A DNA stretch of 64,000 nucleotides from Euprymna scolopes (Eukaryota): NCBI GenBank assembly GCA_053919585.1, contig CM132796.1, one strand, 5' to 3'. Of the stretch, positions 1 through 12,914 are shown one piece after another. A program made the position numbers and the translations under genes. Below the pieces are notes generated by a model. The model was not told the DNA's origin and did no database searches. It saw only the letters and a program-made list of their open reading frames with translations. How positions within the stretch are numbered: position 1 is the first letter of the stretch; each line of letters opens with the position of its first letter.

Positions 1-199
1 AGTTGTATGTCTAGACTCTCCGTACGAATAGCTCTCTGGACAGCTGTTGTGATCCGATCATTAGCAGCGACAGTATTACAACAGCTATCTGCATGCATCT
101 ACTATTTTTTCAATATCACTCAATTTTTAATTGCATACATCTACCACTGCTTAACAATTCTAATAATAACAATATATAACAATGAATAGTTATTTAATG

Positions 200-234
<35 letters not shown>

Positions 235-265
235 ATTTAGTAATTTATAAAATATATATGGCGAT

Positions 266-318
266 TAAGCTACACTTAATATTCGGCGTTTCATCCACTC
301 TAGGACTCCTCAGGCTTA
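266..318 (-). ncRNA. Type I hammerhead ribozyme motif (family A), core intact
   Basis: Minus strand reads UAAGC-CUGAGGA-GUCC(uagagu)GGAU-GAAA-CGC(cgaauauuaa)GU-GUA-GCUUA: stem I UAAGC/GCUUA, CUGANGA box, 4-bp stem II, GAAA, stem III ACGC/GUGU, GUA cleavage triplet. Flanked by (TA)n. Confidence 0.8.
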
Positions 319-322
319 TGCG

Positions 323-386
<64 letters not shown>

Positions 387-692
387 TTGTGGGGGGCGGG
401 TGTTTGTGTGCCTGTGAGTTATGTGCAAACCAGCACATATATGTATATATCTTTAACTGGGTAAGTGTATACGTGCTCAGATAAATGAATATAATTTGAT
501 TGATTTATGCATATATATGTGCATGGGAACATGTATATATTCTCATACATGTTTATACGGTTCAATTCCTCATAAAAATAAACATAATAAAAATAAAAAT
601 AAGAAGAAGAAGAAGAAGAAGAAGAAGAACATAAGAATTAATAATAATAGTAACTATGCACAATATAGAAACTATGGATGAATAGAATGAAA

Positions 693-729
<37 letters not shown>

Positions 730-999
730 TAAGTTTAAGGCTTAAAATAAATATACAATCGCTTATTATGAGTTGGGAGCATTACTGTGGCTTTCTGTGG
801 CATAGAATGGCTTTTATTAGCTACGCATAAATATTGCTTTCTTTTTTCCATTCGTATTAAGTTCGGCCTTGGCATCGGCATTTTGGCGAATGGCCCGCAT
901 TCTGTGATATGACCTGAGTGTAATTCGCGTCAACTGAGGGGCATTACGTCTAAATGGAACATTGAATGATTTTATGAAAAGCATAGGAATATGTGTTTG

Positions 1000-1047
<48 letters not shown>

Positions 1048-1106
1048 CATATATATATAACTTTACTCATGAAAACAAGTTTTTATTATTTCATATATAT
1101 ATATAT

Positions 1107-1145
<39 letters not shown>

Positions 1146-2365
1146 TGGTGTTAATATTACTGTATATCCATGGCGAATAAGCTACACACAAGCGACTGCT
1201 TAATTCCCACAATATTTAATCAAAGTGAGCTATTATACATCAGGATTGTAGTAACTTATCTGTTACGAATAAATGCATGGTTGTACCATGAACGTACCAC
1301 TCTCGAACGGAGTCAATATTCTTTCAAACATATTATTTAAAGTGATATTTTGAAAAAAATATTTAAAAATAATGCATATCACTTTTACCAATATATTCGA
1401 TGAATTCGAGATAAATTTCAGAAATTGATAACATATTTTTACGATCAAAGTTTTCCATAATAGACCCGACATATTACTAATCCATTTTCCCGAGTACTGT
1501 GAAATATTTTTAAATAAGAAATGTATTTGTTGAATTCAACGACAACATCAGAAACAAACATCGGACGAAGCCTTTTTATTTATATACTTAGACGTATCTA
1601 AAAGGAAATGGAGATTGGCATAAAAATATTTAAGAAAATGAAAAATACAAGAACATTTTCCAGATATTGCTGTAATTCGTAATACTTTTTTTATGAGAAA
1701 CCTTTCTACATCTCAGAGGAAAATTCTTAAACAAAATGACCCGATTACCAATAGACAAAAATATAAAATGGCAAATGACATGTGCCAACGCACCCTTACA
1801 AGCAACGGCATTCGTACCCCGGATCACCTCAATCCGACGGACTCCATTGCGCCGCTACTTACATGTTGTAAATTGGAATCAGAAATAGACTCATTTCTTT
1901 TCCTTATCATCAATAATTAATATTTGTTGGCGAACGCAAATGTTTTATTACATAGGAGAGTTTCGGTGTTGTCTGAAACGACGGCAACATATTTATATCG
2001 ATAAGCCTTCGAAAATGTATATCCGTGTCCCTCTTTAATAGTCTTCTTGATTATCACTCTTTCTTTCCATAAGCCTATTCCAAAGCCGCAGCAATATGAA
2101 GACAGTTCAAATGATTCTAACCAGTATTCATCGTTTACTGCCTGGGTAATTCTCTAATTCTCTAAAGTCTATGTCTTGGAGACATAGACGAAATAACGGG
2201 GTCTATCGATCTTTATTTATTGGCCTTGATAGTAAATATTATGAACTTGCAAAGTTTCTGTACCTGTTTCTTTTTTAAATATAAAGGGAATGCATATGTG
2301 CATCTACATTGGTTTGGCTTGTATAGGTACACAGTTACACAACACTTACATTGAGAAACAATTTC

Positions 2366-2418
<53 letters not shown>

Positions 2419-2890
2419 TAGCAAGATGCGTTAATCGGCATTGCCCGTTGGTAGCATGCATCCCCTCCCCTGGGAGTGGGGTTGTGAAAAAAAATTTCTG
2501 GAAGGTTCACGGTATTTTGCAGGATATGGTTCAGTGTAAACTTCAAGGCAAGGTATTTTATATGGCTAGACTTGAGTTATGGTGACAAATCTATCGGCCC
2601 CTGTGACCCTTGGAGCAAACTAAATCCTAGTAGCCACTTGGCTGTTACTAAATATAAATGTAAACGCTGTTTAATAAAGGAAGCGTTTTAATTAAGCTGT
2701 AAAAGTAAATACTTTAAAAACAGACCGCTTAATGCAATAAAAAATAATGGTAAATCTAGTTCCTTAACTTTTAATAGGTTAAATTTAATCATGTTATTAT
2801 TGAAAATGTAAAGCTGAAATAATGTTATTATTCGGAAAGCTATTCTCTAAATGGTGAGGGTGTTTAGTAAATAATGTCTGCTTCAGCCTT

Positions 2891-4531
2891 TTTTTATTTC
2901 ATTTTCACCCCAAACAAGGGACATTGCCACTTTGGTGTAGGGGGCTACTATCAGGGGCAGCAACTATTGTTCGTAACTGGTTCGGAAAAACACACACCTG
3001 AGCCCATCGTTGCGCCAAGATTCGATTAAGGCAGCGGAATAGAATAGGGGAGACAGCAATTGGGCGAAGGAGGGTGGGCTCGCTGGCATCCGGCGACTTC
3101 GGGATAAGGGAGACTTTAGATCGGATAAGAGAGAGGGGATGTGCTTCACAAAGCAACACAAGATTCAAGGTGGCTGTCACTATTTTGATCCTCTGCAAGG
3201 CCTCGTCGGCTGTGAGTCCATCCAGGCCAGGCGAGGAGCCGCGCATAGCCTTTAGGGAACCCACAACCTCTTCCTCACAGAGGGGGGGGAGCACAGGCTA
3301 CCACTTGTGCCCCCTAGACTGCGCCGGTCTGTTGTCCGGCTCGCCAGGTGCGGACAATTTCCGCTCCCAATAATCAACAGACCCCTCCTGAAGACGTCGT
3401 TCGGCACACGATGTTGCCTCCCTCCATCTCCCAGAGAGGACCGCGTCGGTTCAGTCCTTCCGCTTAACTCTATACAGTCGCTGAATGGCAGCATAAGCCG
3501 CCCTTCGCAACGCCCTCTTGTCACCCTTCGGGGCACCAGCCACAGACCTGGGTCTAGAGCCTTTTCCCCCGTGAGACTGGTTCTTGCGAGCCAGCCTCCC
3601 AGACTGCTTGTGACGAAGCGGCCGGCCCGATATAAGCGCATCGTCCCCCTCCCCTCCAGCGGACGGGGAGAGGTAGCGCAGGAGAAAGGTGTCGATCTGC
3701 CCGGTTACCACCTCCAGGTCGGTACCCTCGCGAATCAAACCAAGAATCCGCAGCAATGCAACGCGAGCCTGATAAGAGGATGGATCAAGCTCTCCGAGAA
3801 CCAGCTTCACCTGATTCTCCACCTTCAGCCGCCAGCTCCGATCATCCACAGCTGGACTCAAAGAATCGCACTCCACAACCGTCTCCCCCGCAGGAGAGCT
3901 CACACTTCTTACACCCGCCGGAGACTGCTGCTTGCCCAGGTGAATTATGCGCTTCCTCACCGGCTCAGCCGAGCGGCCAAAACGGGGAGAAATTGCGGCA
4001 CACAACTCCGCCTTCGTTCGATATCGATCCCTCATCTCGGACGCACAAGCTGACAAAAGTCGGGTTTGTCGAGGGTGTCTATGTTGTGGGGGCACCAGTT
4101 TTTGCAGTTCGTCAGAGCATTCATCATTAAAATACTTGTAGAACAGGCAGAGGGATGCAACGTTTCGTCGATGGGATAGAGGCTTAAGCTTAGATGCCAG
4201 TTCAGGGCCTATCAGATTGGCGACTCTCTTTTGAACCTTGTCAAGGAGCGAGAGACTAGCAGCAGATGCACCAGCCCAAATGTGACAACAATACTCCATA
4301 CATGGGCGAATGGTGGCCTTATAGATGTACAGGATACTTTCAGGTGTCAGTAGTTTTCTAGCACGGTAGAGAGAGCCTACCTTCTTCGCAGCGGCCCTGG
4401 CAATGTTTTCAATATAATTGTTCCAAGTCATGTTTCCTGTGAACGTTAGGTCAAGCAGTTTGAAAGATGTACTCTCAGACAGGAAGTCACTTGCCATTGC
4501 TATTGGCGGCAGAGAAGGTTTCTTGTAATTA
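2891..4531 (-). mobile_element. Chimeric 5'-truncated retroposon: CR1-Zenon ORF2 C-terminus + R2-clade internal fragment + Zenon 3' UTR and A-rich tail
   Basis: 4531-4059 encodes Zenon motifs (YKATIRPCMEYCCHIWAGA, LSHRRNVASLCLFYKYF). The segment ~2970-2891 matches the Zenon 3' UTR seen at 24700-24755. Direct repeat CAGCCTT at 2884-2890 and 4532-4538 (TSD). Confidence 0.85.
2972..4058 (-). mobile_element. R2-clade non-LTR retrotransposon fragment (myb-like region, linker, start of RT), two in-frame stops
   Basis: Translation includes FGRSAEPVRKR (myb-like), RRAAYAAIQRLYR, SSPGLDG, SLIPK, RPIAVSPILFRCLNRILAQR, matching the order of R2 motifs. GC-rich against the background. Confidence 0.8.
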
Positions 4532-4939
4532 CAGCCTTACAATGTAATAAAAAAATATCGTAAAGCAATGAATTTAACTTGCGAAAGCTATATAAAAATG
4601 CGCTATGGTATCACTGTCTTCCATCACAGGCGTCCTAGATAAATATACACTTAAAAAGTTAGTGCTTTGTCACTCTTGGTACCGCGCTCTATGTAATTAA
4701 TGTTATGAGATTATATTCAACTTTCACGCTATTTTTTTATTCAATGGTAATATGAAAGAATATTTACAAAAAACCGTCCTCTTCCCAATGTAAAAATAAT
4801 TACCCAAAATTTTACTTTGTATTGTTCAAGGCTTTTAATTATAAATTATCTAATGATACCTAGTACAACTACAGTTTACATTATTATTTTTTGTGGTAAA
4901 TAACAAGAGTCTTTCCACCCTCGAAAAAAAAAACATAAA

Positions 4940-5545
4940 AAATAACCAATTTTAAAGGTTCAAGTGTGCGCTGAAAACGAAAATAACGTTTAAAAAAATC
5001 CAGCATATTAGTAGCTTTCAAGATCTGAATAAATCTTAGTTTCTAAAAAGTGGGGTATCACTATTCTATAATAATATAACGCGAAATGAGCATTCACTTT
5101 TTGGCCACATTTATTTTTCGGGGGCAAGGGGGGGTCAAAGTACAGTAAACACAATTTAACATGAAATGAGCACCCGTTTTTGTTTGTGGTAGGTGCACGT
5201 AGCCCCCCCCCCAAAAAAAAAATGTGGGCGTGCAATTCTGGTAAAAGTATGTTCATTGTACGCTGACCTCCGCCCCCAACAAAAGATGGACATAAAGTGG
5301 GGTTTTATTGTAGGTTAAATTATTACAAGTGATCCCCTACTTTCTTTAAACTAACATTTTAAAATATTTGGAGACTACTTGTTTGCCGGAATTTTAAACG
5401 TTATTTTCGCTTTCAGCCCCCTTCGCAGAAAACTTTTGTGGAAATTAACATTTCTTTAGATATTTTAAACTACTTGTTTGCCGGAATTTTTTACGTGGTT
5501 TTTGTTTTCAGCACCCCGCAAAACCTTTAAAAGGGTTAACTTTCA
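4940..5545. mobile_element. Degenerate foldback/MITE-like element
   Basis: gctgaaaacgaaaataacgtttaaaa (~4970-4995) is the inverse of ttttaaacgttattttcgctttcagc (~5392-5417). A partial duplicate of the right arm lies at ~5470-5530. Confidence 0.45.
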
Positions 5546-7849
5546 AAGATTCGTCGAAGGTGGAAAGAATCTTTATTTTTATTTGTTAATAGTAATATTC
5601 GAAAAAAAAAACGAAATACTATTGCGATATCCTTATTCCCAAATTAAACGATTAATTTTATAGTAAATAACTACATTTGAACATGTGAAATAATAGCGTG
5701 AATTAATTTTAGTTGTTTAAAGTTCGTGAAGCATTTCTAATATACAAGACTTTTGATCATTAAAAAATGTAATCGGCAACTCGTAAACAAAATAAGACGA
5801 AATGGTTTTCTAAAGCGTCCGTAATAACCGTTTAGTAAAAACAAATTACTGTCTCGTCATCTTTATGACTAAAATTAAATATAATTAATAAAAATATGTC
5901 ACTGTTACTTTATTACTGAAATAAAATATAAATGATAATTTTCTGTCACTGTAAATGACATAAATTTAAACAGCAAAGAAAATATGAATCTCCAATTTCT
6001 ATTTGGTAAAATAAGACGGCAAATAAACAATAAACCAACTAATTTGTTTCCTAGCGATGTTAGTAAGATATTAAGGAAAATAGCACTGGCTATAATTTAA
6101 ATGAAATGAGAATTAATTTTTTATCGAGATTCCGAAGTTTGTTATCGGGGTAGTTAACATGTAATGATTATACTTATGGGAGCCATGTTCGTTGTAATTT
6201 CTGGAATGTTCGTTTTTCAATGATGTTTCTTTTCATTCCGGAATGATAGAATATGTAGGAATACACCTATGAGATTTCGAGGGATGGGAAGAGGGAGGTA
6301 TCATTATTTGTATAAATGTTGAAGCGTTAACAGTAGGCGATGTGTATGGATTCGCAAGTAAGTTAATGACGTAGTAGACCCAGTATAGGGGAGAAGTAAA
6401 AATGAACGCGGTGTCGAATGGGGTTGTAAGAGTTCCTATCGCATAGGGGGTAAAAGTTTGAGCTAATTCCTCTGTACGTCATGATGATGATAAATATGTG
6501 GCTCCTAGGAATAACTGTAATGTTTAACATTACGAAATAATGTGTCTGTAATGGAGTTATATAGTTATATAAGGTAATGTCCAATAGCGTAAACATAATA
6601 AATCTTTATGTGCCACATGTTAGTGTAAACCTTCTGTATTTTGGTCCAGAGGGGAAAAATTGTGCCTCCTTTATTTTCCCCGGTTTTTCCTCAAATATCA
6701 AGTTTAGCATCGGTTCGAATACCCTATATATTGTTTCATGTTTTAGACTAAAACAGACAGAGGAATTCGTAAGNNNNNNNNNNNNNNNNNNNNNNNNNNN
6801 NNNNNNNNNNNNNNNNNNNNNNNNNNNNNNNNNNNNNNNNNNNNNNNNNNNNNNNNNNNNNNNNNNNNNNNNNNNNNNNNNNNNNNNNNNNNNNNNNNNN
6901 NNNNNNNNNNNNNNNNNNNNNNNNNNNNNNNNNNNNNNTTTATTAAAACCTTTTTACGCAAATATTACGCAAGTATCAATTGGATACTTATATGCATGAA
7001 TGTAAATACACATATTAATTAAAAAAAGATGGCTACCCCATAAGAAACCTGAAAAAAAAATAATGGGAAATTAAATAAAATGAATGTTTGAAAGATTATT
7101 CAATTTAGCAAGGCGTTTAGNNNNNNNNNNNNNNNNNNNNNNNNNNNNNNNNNNNNNNNNNNNNNNNNNNNNNNNNNNNNNNNNNNNNNNNNNNNNNNNN
7201 NNNNNNNNNNNNNNNNNNNNNNNNNNNNNNNNNNNNNNNNNNNNNNNNNNNNNNNNNNNNNNNNNNTAAATGGAAAAAACTTTTTTTTAACATGAATATC
7301 GATACATACAAAAAATATAGGAGCTATGATTAATGCTTAACTTGTATTAATAAAAATTAATATTCGTAACGATTATTTTTAATTTTTGGATTACTTTTTC
7401 TAATTTACAAGTGACTGAACAACTTATTAATCTCTCACTTAGCATGCTCCATTGGATGTTCATTTCAACGCCCTTTCGTTTTTAATGCTTATCCGTGTAT
7501 ATAAAATACTATTATCAATCTTTTTGGAATGAATATTATCTTTCGAATTCAAAATGTTATCTATACTATTAATAACATTCTAAATGTTATTTGTTTATGA
7601 GTGTGCATATATATGCCAATAAAACTTGCAAACATATTCACCAAATTCTTTTTTCCCTGAAAGATGTGAGTTCCTAGGTTGTCCTTATCTATATATGGTT
7701 CGTGAAGAGCACCGCCGAGTCACCCAAAAAGCCCGAAATAAGGGTTTGGGTGCCGTTTCGTGCAATTTTCAAAAAGGTTACCTGGCCATGTCAACGGAAT
7801 GTAGTACTGTATGTATACAGTCTCGGTAGCATCTTTCGGCATACGGACA

Positions 7850-7922
7850 GGACTTGTGGCGAAATGGATAACGCGCCTGACTACGGATCAGAAGATTTCA
7901 GGTTCGAATCTTGGCAAGTTCG
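7850..7922 (+). tRNA. tRNA-Arg-ACG: tRNA-Arg(ACG) gene, possibly a variant or pseudogene
   Basis: GGACTTGTGGCGAAATGGATAACGCGCCTGACTACGGATCAGAAGATTTCAGGTTCGAATCTTGGCAAGTTCG, 73 nt. Acceptor stem GGACTTG/CAAGTTC, anticodon loop CTACGGA, T loop TTCGAAT, and a T-run shortly downstream. C27-A43 mismatch and two G-U pairs in the T stem. Confidence 0.85.
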
Positions 7923-9019
7923 TAATAATTTTAACCATCATTTTATCCAACGTTTACTTATTATCCTTACCCTTAGTTTGGGTTTTTTTTTTGTTATTAT
8001 TTTTGTGCATATGGGATTTCCCATACTCGAGTTCACAAGGTAAGCGTTGATGGTAAGACGATGTTGAGTGTACTTGATGTTGTGTTTGACTCGACGTTGT
8101 GGGTGCCGACGCGGCGCAGCCGCGAATATAAAATAAAATGAACGTTTCTTAGTTTTTATTTATTTATTTCTTGATTTTTGTTAACTGTATTATTTAAGTG
8201 GTGTATTCAAATTTAAGTTTTGTTCACTTTGGATAGAATTATTGAGTAAAGAGGATAACTCGTAAAAACCGCTACACTGTTTAATTGTGTTTCTAATGGG
8301 TATTGATTTAATAAGTGTTCATCGAGATATATTTAAGTTTAAGTTTAACTAACGTTCAGTTTACGAGTTATGGATTTATATAGTATATATTAACGCATTA
8401 AGCATTGGTTTGTTTTAGAACTGTGTTGTTGTTTTTAATGCTTTTTTTATATAGTTTGTGATGTATTTTTTTCTATTTTCATTATTAGCAATTTTAAGGT
8501 GTGGCAAATTATTGTGTTATTTGTGGAAATGCGTAAAATAAGGTACTGCATATAAGAAAATTCGGTGTACATGATGATATTTATTATAGTTTCTGGAAAA
8601 TATTTAGAGACCTTTTTTACATATTATGTGATAGGAAATACTGTAGGTATTGCAATGATTTCAAGATGTTGTGATCTATCTAAAATTCTACGTCCAGGTA
8701 TTTTGGACAAAATTCCGAATGCACGTAATAAGAAATCGATTATTATACTTGTCTTTGTATTTTGTTATAATGGTTTAAGGCGTAATGTATGTACTCATCT
8801 TAATTATGATAAGTTATTCATGATATCAAAAAGGTACGTTTTCTACGGCATACTTGGTTGTCTTTAGAAAAATCAATCATTTTTTTACAAATCTACTGCA
8901 TTTATATAAACTCCACATAATTATCACTCCCTTGCTTCTTATTAATATACTATTTATATACTTACATTTTTATTTGTAAATAATTATATTTATTAGTATA
9001 TTTAAACATATATAAAAAG

Positions 9020-9090
<71 letters not shown>

Positions 9091-9569
9091 GTAGCGGGTT
9101 GCACGGCAATCCCCGGTCGAAAAATACGCTTAAGTATGATATCTTGATGAATTTACATTTCACATGTAGTATAATATTATAGTGGACGCAATATATCGTA
9201 ATAATTTAAAAGGTTAAAAAAAATGACGTACGCCACCGCAGTGAATCGAAACCACAGCGTTCAGCTTACGATTTAACTTTTCCTTTGACATTAATGACTG
9301 AACCGTATAGCTATGTTTGCGTCAAGGCTAAAAATAAAAACATGAACGAATAGCTATCCCGTAACGCAAGCATATTGCTAATGTCGTCGTTATATTTTCA
9401 TTTAGCAAATTCCATTTTTTTTTTAATTTTCACACGGTCGAGCCGTTTTTCCCCGGCTAAAACTCAAATATAAAAATTTATTTCGCATGACGGTTTCTGA
9501 TGTGCAGTTAAATTTAACACGAACTATTTTCAATCCCGAGGTTTTCTCATCATTATTCTAGAAAAGGGG

Positions 9570-9912
9570 CCATGTCGGTGGGGCACTAGAATGCACCGAC
9601 TGCCCCCCTGCAGAGGGTAAAAGTCCCTAAATGGGGGTCCTGGATATGGCTTTAAACTATATCCAGTGGTGAGGCCCCAGCTTGTGGGCTTTGGGGAGTG
9701 TGGACCCACCCTTTAATTACCATTGCTCCCAGGTCCACTCTGACCCGTAGTGGTAGTACCTGTTAGGGTTCCAACTATGGGTTAAATAGAAACCGACTTG
9801 AAAACAATAAATATATTCTACTAAACATGTTTTCTTCAAAATCTTTGGATTCGGCATTAAATAACCCGAAAAGGGTTGATATGCCGTAAAGCAAAACTAA
9901 CCAACCAACCAA
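9570..9912 (+). mobile_element. SINE-like interspersed repeat with (AACC)n tail
   Basis: GC-rich ~340 bp block ending gggttgatatgccgtaaagcaaaactaaccaaccaacc. Its 3' part recurs inverted at ~59648-59789. Confidence 0.7.
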
Positions 9913-10248
9913 TCTAGTTAAATGTCTTGGAGACGGGTCACGTTCGGTTGAGAGGTCTTCTCTCTATAAACAGAGGGAATATCTCTTGGGTTTAACTGCG
10001 ATTAGTCTCTAGGATCTTTGAGTAATATAACGTTGCTTTATTTTAATTGCTTTTCCTCATTTTTCCCCAGACATAATGGAACGCTACGTACTTTTCTTTG
10101 CAATTATTTATATTTTCTATTCCCCTCTTAAAAACATCCTTCGATACAGCTTTGTAAAAAGGAATGGCGAAACCGGTCAATCAACTGCCCTCTTATTTTC
10201 TCTCCTCTTATTCACTCCTTTAATTTCATTTTAAAACGCTTTTAATCA

Positions 10249-10632
10249 TCTATAATATAAATATCACTGTATGTTTAAATGTATGTATGTATGTTTGTAT
10301 GTCTGCGTAAAACATTCGGCAGAGGAAACGGATTTTCACGTGATACATATTGTTTTGAAGCTCGACCCTCCGGATGAGAAATATCGAAGAATTGGCCAAA
10401 AACCATAATTCCTTCACCATCAACTGAACGATTGTCTAGCCTTTATTTAAACTTACGTCACTTCCAGTTTGGCGATGAAGGGAACATCAAAGATGACACT
10501 TTTGTTTTAGTCACGTTTTTTTGCCTCCTTCGCGATACATGTTCGAGTCTGCCTGTCTACTACCACTTTTTTTTTCTTTTTTGCTCAACATACACCTCCA
10601 AACACCCAGGCTACACCGGGAACGCAAGCTAG
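10249..10632 (+). mobile_element. Non-autonomous Helitron (family A), single copy
   Basis: Starts a|TCTATA and ends with hairpin remnant + CTAG|t. The body matches the long unit of the arrays at 22.9, 40 and 47 kb. Confidence 0.7.
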
Positions 10633-10714
10633 TGAATTATAAAAATCTTAACTTCATGATTGCGATATTTAAATATTTGTACTCCAAAATAAATATTACA
10701 CACACACATAACTA

Positions 10715-10776
<62 letters not shown>

Positions 10777-10789
10777 TTTACCGTTTTAT

Positions 10790-10858
10790 CTGTTTGGTTA
10801 CACATGTTTCGGATGTTGAACCATGTTTACGATCCAACAGCCTCGTCAGACATAACAG
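10790..10858 (-). ncRNA. Type I hammerhead motif (family B) in a self-inverted element (~10775-10915)
   Basis: Minus strand: CUGUUAUGU-CUGACGA-GGcUGUUGGAUC..GGUUCAACAuCC-GAAAC-AUGU-GUA-ACCAAACAG. Stem I is 7/9 paired. The inverted arm at ~10871-10910 repeats the GAAACAUAUGUA half. Confidence 0.65.
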
Positions 10859-11075
10859 AAATTACAGGTTACATCCGAAACATATGTAACCAAACAGAAA
10901 AAACGGTAATAAAATATAAAACACATATTTGCTTTGCAATAGTATTGAGCACTCTCTTCAGGTTTTTACTAATTACCAGTTTTACCATATATATATTATC
11001 TATCTATATATATATATATATATATGATAGTAGTAAAAATGATAGCATATATAGAAAACTCACATTTACAGCTCA

Positions 11076-11124
<49 letters not shown>

Positions 11125-11768
11125 TGATGGTGGTGTTTTTTTTAATTTCAATTACAAAAGCAAACAAATGTTTACGTTGCTACAATAGATTCAACTCAGT
11201 AAAAAGGTCTAGAGAAATAAATGCAAAAAACGAAGGTGAATATATTTCATGTCTAATATACTTTAGAAAATGTTCATAATATTGACCTATTGTTCGTCTA
11301 GAGAGGAGATAAGAAGGAAATCCATATCTCAAACAAGTACAACCACCTATTACGATTACTGGTGGCTTAGTACTACAGGGAAAATTACCATCTCTAATTT
11401 CTATATCACGAAGCTGATAAGGTGAATACGGAAATAAGTGCGTAGATATTCCAAGTAATACGAAGCTTACTCAGTTAGAAACGAGGTGTGGTTAATTATT
11501 TTCACGTGCAGATAGTGTCAAAGATGGTGTCGGTTTTATATGGAGTGGATATATTACTCGTCAGAAATAGCAATAGATATAGTATAATGATAAAAATGTC
11601 CACCAGGAAGAATTCCTCATCAACTGATAGAGGATATCATGGATACTACACTGTCAATTATTTTAAAAATAAGGTTAAAAAAGGTGTAATTTTCCAAATT
11701 ATGCACAAGGCCACCTGATGTTTGGGAAAATGCGAAGTTCATCATCTTGGTTCCAAATATATAAATAA

Positions 11769-12549
11769 CTAGAATACGCATAACCCGTTGGGTCAGTATG
11801 TTATATTAGCAATATAATTCATTTATGAGCGTGACACTTTTGACGTAAGAAAATAGTTTGTTTTTTTTTTTTTTTTTTTGACATAACACAAACATTTCTA
11901 TGGAAGTATATTAAAATAAAAAAGAATATATATAGATTTCTATGAGTCGTTCTGTTTATTATAATTGGATATTTTTGAAAAAGAAATTACAGTTACTGAA
12001 TTATAAGTGGGTATCTATACTTATAGGTAAATGTGCACTGAACAGACACTATAATACTTATTATAGTTAAATTCAAATTTTGACATACCTGCTTTTTTAC
12101 ATCGTTCATTTTGTATTACGTTTAAGTTATTTTAAACTCCACTCTTCCCATGTTAAATTATAATTTCGAAATAATAACGTTAATATTTCAGCGTCTCGAT
12201 TGTTTTTTGTTTTTCTGTTTATTTTTAACCCCACTCTACCCATGTTAAATAATAATTTCGAAATAATAACGTTACTATTCAGCGTCCCAATTGTTCTTTT
12301 GTTCTTTTTTCGCGTTTAAATTATCCAAATAAACAATTGTTAATACTGTTTGTTTTTTTACATCGTTCATTTTGTATTACGTTTAAGTTATTTTAAACCC
12401 CACTCTTCCCATGTTAAATAATAATTTCGAAATAATAACGTTAATAATTTGTGCGCAGGTCATGCGCGCATGCGCAACAGGATGTTATAAACCGGAAAGT
12501 GGGTTACATACATCGTTACAAGATCATTTGAGTTTTATAATTATATAGA
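11769..12549 (-). mobile_element. Non-autonomous Helitron (family B) with internal subrepeats
   Basis: Minus-strand 5' A|TC at 12549. 3' hairpin TAACCC-GTT-GGGTCA plus CTAG at 11769-11772. Three internal copies of a repeat at ~12100-12450. A second copy lies at 29566-31718. Confidence 0.75.
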
Positions 12550-12585
12550 TGTAATGATAATCTAAATGAAAAGGATATAATATTC

Positions 12586-12914
12586 CAATAGCAAAATGCG
12601 AGCAGGAAAAGTAATATGTTTACGCTTAAACATGGAAAAGTAAAGGACTAGTTTTTGAAAACTGAAAATGAAAGGGACAAGAAATACTAGTAAAAAAATA
12701 TAATATATTCATAACTTAAAATATTGCAGCATTAAGCATTTATTATATAACGTTATAAATTAAAATTTTTAAAAAATCTTAATGCTGCAATATTTTAAGT
12801 TATAAATTTATTATATTTTTACTTGAATGTCTTTTCCAGTTTTAACAACCAGTCGATTACTTTTCCATGTTTAAGCTTAACCATATTACTTTTCTCGCTC
12901 GCATTTTTCTATTG
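12586..12914. mobile_element. Foldback MITE (almost whole-length inverted repeat)
   Basis: Arms such as gcttaaacatggaaaagtaa / ttacttttccatgtttaagc and taacttaaaatattgcagcattaag / cttaatgctgcaatattttaagtta. Confidence 0.7.

Noticed and set aside
201-1203. ORFs rich in YI/IY, also at 10.5, 22.3, 32.1, 52 and 53.9 kb
   Set aside because: Translations of (TA)n, (TG)n and (GA)n microsatellites, not genes.
3307-4130. Plus-strand ORFs of 248 and 124 aa
   Set aside because: Antisense shadows of the GC-rich R2 fragment.
6577-7311. ORFs spanning N runs (also 28.5, 47.8 and 48.2 kb)
   Set aside because: Open only because of assembly gaps; content unknown.
8030-8130. AAG|GTAAGC donor-like site and GC hairpin after the tRNA
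   Set aside because: No supported exon, acceptor or ORF.
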